Positions 20,830-23,559 of a DNA stretch of 23,559 nt are shown here, piece by piece. The notes under the pieces are model-generated. The model made no database searches. It saw nothing but the letters and a program-made list of their open reading frames with translations, and had not been told where the DNA came from. A program made the translations under genes and the position numbers. Source of the stretch: Myxococcota bacterium (GTDB lineage Bacteria > Myxococcota_A > UBA9042 > PHBI01 > JAWLBL01); contig JAWLBL010000003.1 in the NCBI GenBank assembly GCA_041687695.1, positions 1 to 23,559 on the forward strand, written 5' to 3'. Within the stretch, counting starts at the first letter, position 1; every line of letters starts with the position of its first letter.

Positions 20830-20980
20830 GGAGTGGCCCCGCTCGCGGGGGCTCGTCGGATCCGCGCCAAGCCCGTGCAGCCGTTGGAGTGCCCCCGCTC
20901 GCGGGGGCTCGTCGGATCCGCGCCAAGCCCGTGCAGCCGTTGGAGTGCCCCCGCTCGCGGGGGCTCGTCGGATCCGCGCC
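20830..20980 (+). repeat. Tandem array of about 2.7 x 56 bp, each unit headed by a family-B REP
   Basis: Unit GGAGTGCCCCCGCTCGCGGGGGCTCGTCGGATCCGCGCCAAGCCCGTGCAGCCGTT starts at 20830, 20886 and 20942, with one mismatch in copy 1. Confidence 0.92.
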
Positions 20981-21006
20981 GCTCGCGGCGCGCCCGGGCG
21001 CGTAGC

Positions 21007-21034
21007 TTGCTTCCCTGGCCGCTCGCCTTACGAT
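21007..21034 (+). promoter_or_regulatory. Putative sigma70-like promoter for the kinase-GT4 pair
   Basis: TTGCTT (21007-21012), a 16-nt spacer, then TACGAT (21029-21034). Pattern match only. Confidence 0.3.
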
Positions 21035-21106
21035 GCGCCGCCGGAGCCGGCCCCGACGAGGCGGGCTCCGCGTGATCGGACGGAGCCCCGGGAGTCACCA
21101 AGCGGC

Positions 21107-22327
21107 ATGCGCATCGAGCAGATGAGGCGGCGGGAGCGCTTCGACGAGGTCCTCGTCGCCACCCTGGGCCGCGGACTCTCCGACTGGCTGGGTCACCCGG
21201 TCGAGGTCACCCCCGGCTCGGGCGCCGGCCAGCTGTGGTACCTCCAGCCCTTCTTCTCGGCCTATTGCACCGCCCGCGCTGGCGCCGCCGTCCGCCGCTT
21301 CCTGCGCGACAGCATGCGCTTCACGCCCAGGCGCCGCCGCCTGCCGGCCCAGATGGCCGCCGCCGAGCTGCTCTCGCTCGGCCCCGCCCTGCGCGCCGCC
21401 GGCCGCCCCGCCTTCACCGTCGCCCCGTCCATCCCCGCCGACGACACCCTGCTCATCCTCCCGGGCAACCAGCGCGTCCGCATCTTCGACTTCGCCCGCG
21501 CCACCAGCCGCGTCTTCCTCAAGACCGGCTTCGACGACCGCCCCCTCGCCCGCGAGATAGCCGTCCGCGGCGGCCCCGCCCCCGGCCCCTTCCCGCCCCT
21601 CACCGCCTTCGACACCACCGCCGGCTGGTTCGAGGAGCCCATCCTGGACGGCGTCGTCCTCCCCCGCCTGCCCCCCTGGCGCGACGCCCCCGCCGCCGCC
21701 CGCCGCACCCTCCTCGCCCTCACCGCCTGGGCCCGCCCCACCCGCCGCGCCGCCAACGCCGCCCCCTACGTCCAGGGCCTCGTCGCCCGCGCCACCGCCG
21801 GCCTCGCCATCGCCTCCGACCGCGGCTGGGCCCTGCCCCCCGACCTCCCCGCCGCCCTGGCCGCCCTCGCCGACTGCGCCGCCGGCCTCGGCCGCATCAC
21901 CGTCGCCGCCACCCACGGCGACCTGCAGCCGGGCAACGTCCTGGTCCTCTCGCGCGGCCACGACGTCTCCATCCTCGACTGGGAGCACAGCCGCGAGCGC
22001 TCCTTCGCCTACGATCTGCTCACCTTCGCCCTCGAGGGCCGCACCGGCCCGGGCCTGGTCGACCGCCTCGCCGTCTGGGTCCGCACCGGCGCCCTCGACG
22101 CCGCCCCCTACGACCTCGGCCCCCTCGCCCACGAGCTCCTCGGCGCCCCCGAGCGCGACGTCCGCCGGGCCCTGTCCGCCCTGCACCTGCTCGAGGACTT
22201 CACCTGGTTCGTCGACCAGTCCACCTCGAACCCCTTCGTCGCCGTCCCCGAGGGCCTGGCCGGCCGCTCGCAGGATCTGGCCGCCCTCACCACCCGCCAC
22301 CGCGGCCTCTTCGGCGCGGGGGTCTGA
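21107..22327 (+). CDS. Aminoglycoside phosphotransferase / choline kinase-like phosphotransferase, 406 aa
   Basis: Brenner motif HGDLQPGNVL and Mg-binding ILDWE, followed by YDL. Strong coding codon bias begins at ATG 21107. Confidence 0.8.
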   Translation: MRIEQMRRRERFDEVLVATLGRGLSDWLGHPVEVTPGSGAGQLWYLQPFFSAYCTARAGAAVRRFLRDSMRFTPRRRRLPAQMAAAELLSLGPALRAAGRPAFTVAPSIPADDTLLILPGNQRVRIFDFARATSRVFLKTGFDDRPLAREIAVRGGPAPGPFPPLTAFDTTAGWFEEPILDGVVLPRLPPWRDAPAAARRTLLALTAWARPTRRAANAAPYVQGLVARATAGLAIASDRGWALPPDLPAALAALADCAAGLGRITVAATHGDLQPGNVLVLSRGHDVSILDWEHSRERSFAYDLLTFALEGRTGPGLVDRLAVWVRTGALDAAPYDLGPLAHELLGAPERDVRRALSALHLLEDFTWFVDQSTSNPFVAVPEGLAGRSQDLAALTTRHRGLFGAGV

Positions 22328-22330
22328 TCG

Positions 22331-23470
22331 ATGCGCGTCGGCCTGAACCTGCTGTACCTCCGCCCCGGCGGCGTCGGCGGCTCCGAGGTCTACTGCCGCG
22401 AGCTGGCCCGCCACCTGGCCGCCGAGCCCGAGGTCGACCTGACCCTGTTCTGCGGCGCCGAGGCCGCCGCCACCTTCGATCCGACGCCCAACCAGCGCGT
22501 CGTCCAGGTCTCGGCCCGCCCCTTCAGCCAGGCCCGCCGCCTCATCGACGAAAACCTCACCCTGGCCGCCTCGCTGCGCCGCGCCCCGGTCGACGTCCTG
22601 CTCTCGCCCGCCAACTTCATCGCCCCCGCGCTGCCCGCCCGGGTCCCCCAGGTCGCCACCGTCCACGATCTGCAGCACCTGTGGTTCCCCGAACACTTCA
22701 GCCGCACCCAGCGCGCCGCCCGCAACGCCCTGTTTGCCGCGACCTTCCTGCGCGCCCGCCGCCTCATCGCCATCAGCGACTTCACCGCGCGCGACCTCGA
22801 GGCGCGCTTTCACGTCCCGCGCCGCCGCGTCCGCACCGTGCTCGAGGGCATCGACCGCGCCGCCCAGCCTTCCCCCGCGCGCCTGGCCGAGGTCCGCCGC
22901 GCCTACCAGCTCGACGCGCCCTTCTTGTACTACCCGGCCGCCTCGGCGCCCCACAAGGACCACCTGGGCCTGGTCACAGCCTTCGCCCGCCTGGTCGCCC
23001 AGCACCCCGGCGACCACCGTGATGGGCGCGTCGAGCTGATCCTGACCGGCCAGCGCACCGCCCACTGGGACGCCGTCCAGGCCCGCATCGACGGCCTGCG
23101 CCTGACCGGCCGCGTGCGCCACCTGGGCTTCGTCCCGCGCGCCGACGTCTTCCCGCTGATGAAGCTGGCCCGCGCCCTGGTCTTCCCCTCGACCTTCGAG
23201 GGCTTCGGCCTGCCGCTGCTAGAGGCCATGCAGTGCGACACGCCGGTCGTCGCCGCCCGCCGCGCCTCCATCCCCGAGGTCACCGGAGACGCCGCCGAGC
23301 TGCTCGAGCCAGGCGACTCCGAGGCCTGGGCCGCCGCCATGCACCGCGCCCTGACCGACGAGCCCTGGCGCCAGCGCCTCGTCACCGCCGGCCGCGCCAA
23401 CCTGGACCGCTTCTCGTGGACCCGCTGCGCCCGCGAGACCCTCTCCGTCCTGCGCGAGGCCGCGCGATGA
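22331..23470 (+). CDS. Glycosyltransferase family 4 (MtfB/WbpY-like), 379 aa
   Basis: Motifs MRVGLNLLYLRPGGVGGSEVY, ATVHDLQH, IAISDFT, PHKDH, FPSTFEGFGLPLLEAM and FSW. Confidence 0.93.
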   Translation: MRVGLNLLYLRPGGVGGSEVYCRELARHLAAEPEVDLTLFCGAEAAATFDPTPNQRVVQVSARPFSQARRLIDENLTLAASLRRAPVDVLLSPANFIAPALPARVPQVATVHDLQHLWFPEHFSRTQRAARNALFAATFLRARRLIAISDFTARDLEARFHVPRRRVRTVLEGIDRAAQPSPARLAEVRRAYQLDAPFLYYPAASAPHKDHLGLVTAFARLVAQHPGDHRDGRVELILTGQRTAHWDAVQARIDGLRLTGRVRHLGFVPRADVFPLMKLARALVFPSTFEGFGLPLLEAMQCDTPVVAARRASIPEVTGDAAELLEPGDSEAWAAAMHRALTDEPWRQRLVTAGRANLDRFSWTRCARETLSVLREAAR

Positions 23471-23497
23471 GGGTCGCCTGTTCGTTCGCGCCGGCCG

Positions 23498-23559
23498 CGA
23501 CGCTGTCGCGAAAGGCCAACCGGAGTGCGCGAGCTTGCTCGCGCCCTGATGCCGGCGGC
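23498..23559 (+). mobile_element. Left-hand part of the MITE-like element (partial copy, cut by the window edge)
   Basis: 23498-23528 aligns without gaps to 9689-9719 (25/31 identical). It continues with GGAGT and the hairpin GCGCGAG-CTTG-CTCGCGC, as in the internal copy. Confidence 0.65.

Noticed and set aside
20830..20980. CRISPR interpretation of the 56-bp repeats
   Set aside because: The intervening sequences are identical, so this is a plain tandem repeat.
21063..21088. Hairpin GGGCTCCG/CGGAGCCC in the kinase leader as a riboswitch or attenuator
   Set aside because: An 8-bp GC stem is expected by chance at this GC content, with no U-tract and no recognisable aptamer.
21107..22327. Aminoglycoside-resistance gene
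   Set aside because: Only the generic kinase motifs are shared. Length and glycan-locus context argue against it.
23467..23559. Possible next gene starting at the ATGA overlap (MRVACSF...)
   Set aside because: It runs into the MITE copy after about 10 codons and off the window edge. It could be a disrupted gene start, but that cannot be supported.

Overview
Very GC-rich bacterial DNA. A myxobacterium/Myxococcota-like source is plausible from composition and gene content, but this is not proven. About 21 kb is a surface-polysaccharide locus split over several oppositely oriented units. It encodes gmd-fcl (GDP-fucose), a Wzc-type BY-kinase, an O-antigen-ligase/TPR protein, a Wzy-like polymerase, a Wzx flippase, three GT4 glycosyltransferases and an NDP-sugar epimerase. 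It also carries an unusually rich set of candidate tailoring enzymes: a PAPS sulfotransferase coupled to cysC, a SAM methyltransferase, a thymidylate-kinase-like protein and an APH-like kinase. To the left are a secreted SGNH hydrolase and an orphan, apparently monocistronic gpV/VgrG-type spike gene. The intergenic DNA is highly structured. It holds two REP-like families (one with compensatory stem changes) and a 178-bp MITE-like element that carries a four-hairpin dyad and sits in the loop of a REP with a target duplication; partial copies of this element form both window ends. There is also an 8-unit array with 42-43-bp period built on a GGGGTC-TG-GACCCC palindrome. No transposase, cas, rRNA or tRNA gene was seen. 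Most of the long alternative ORFs in the track are GC-rich shadow frames.
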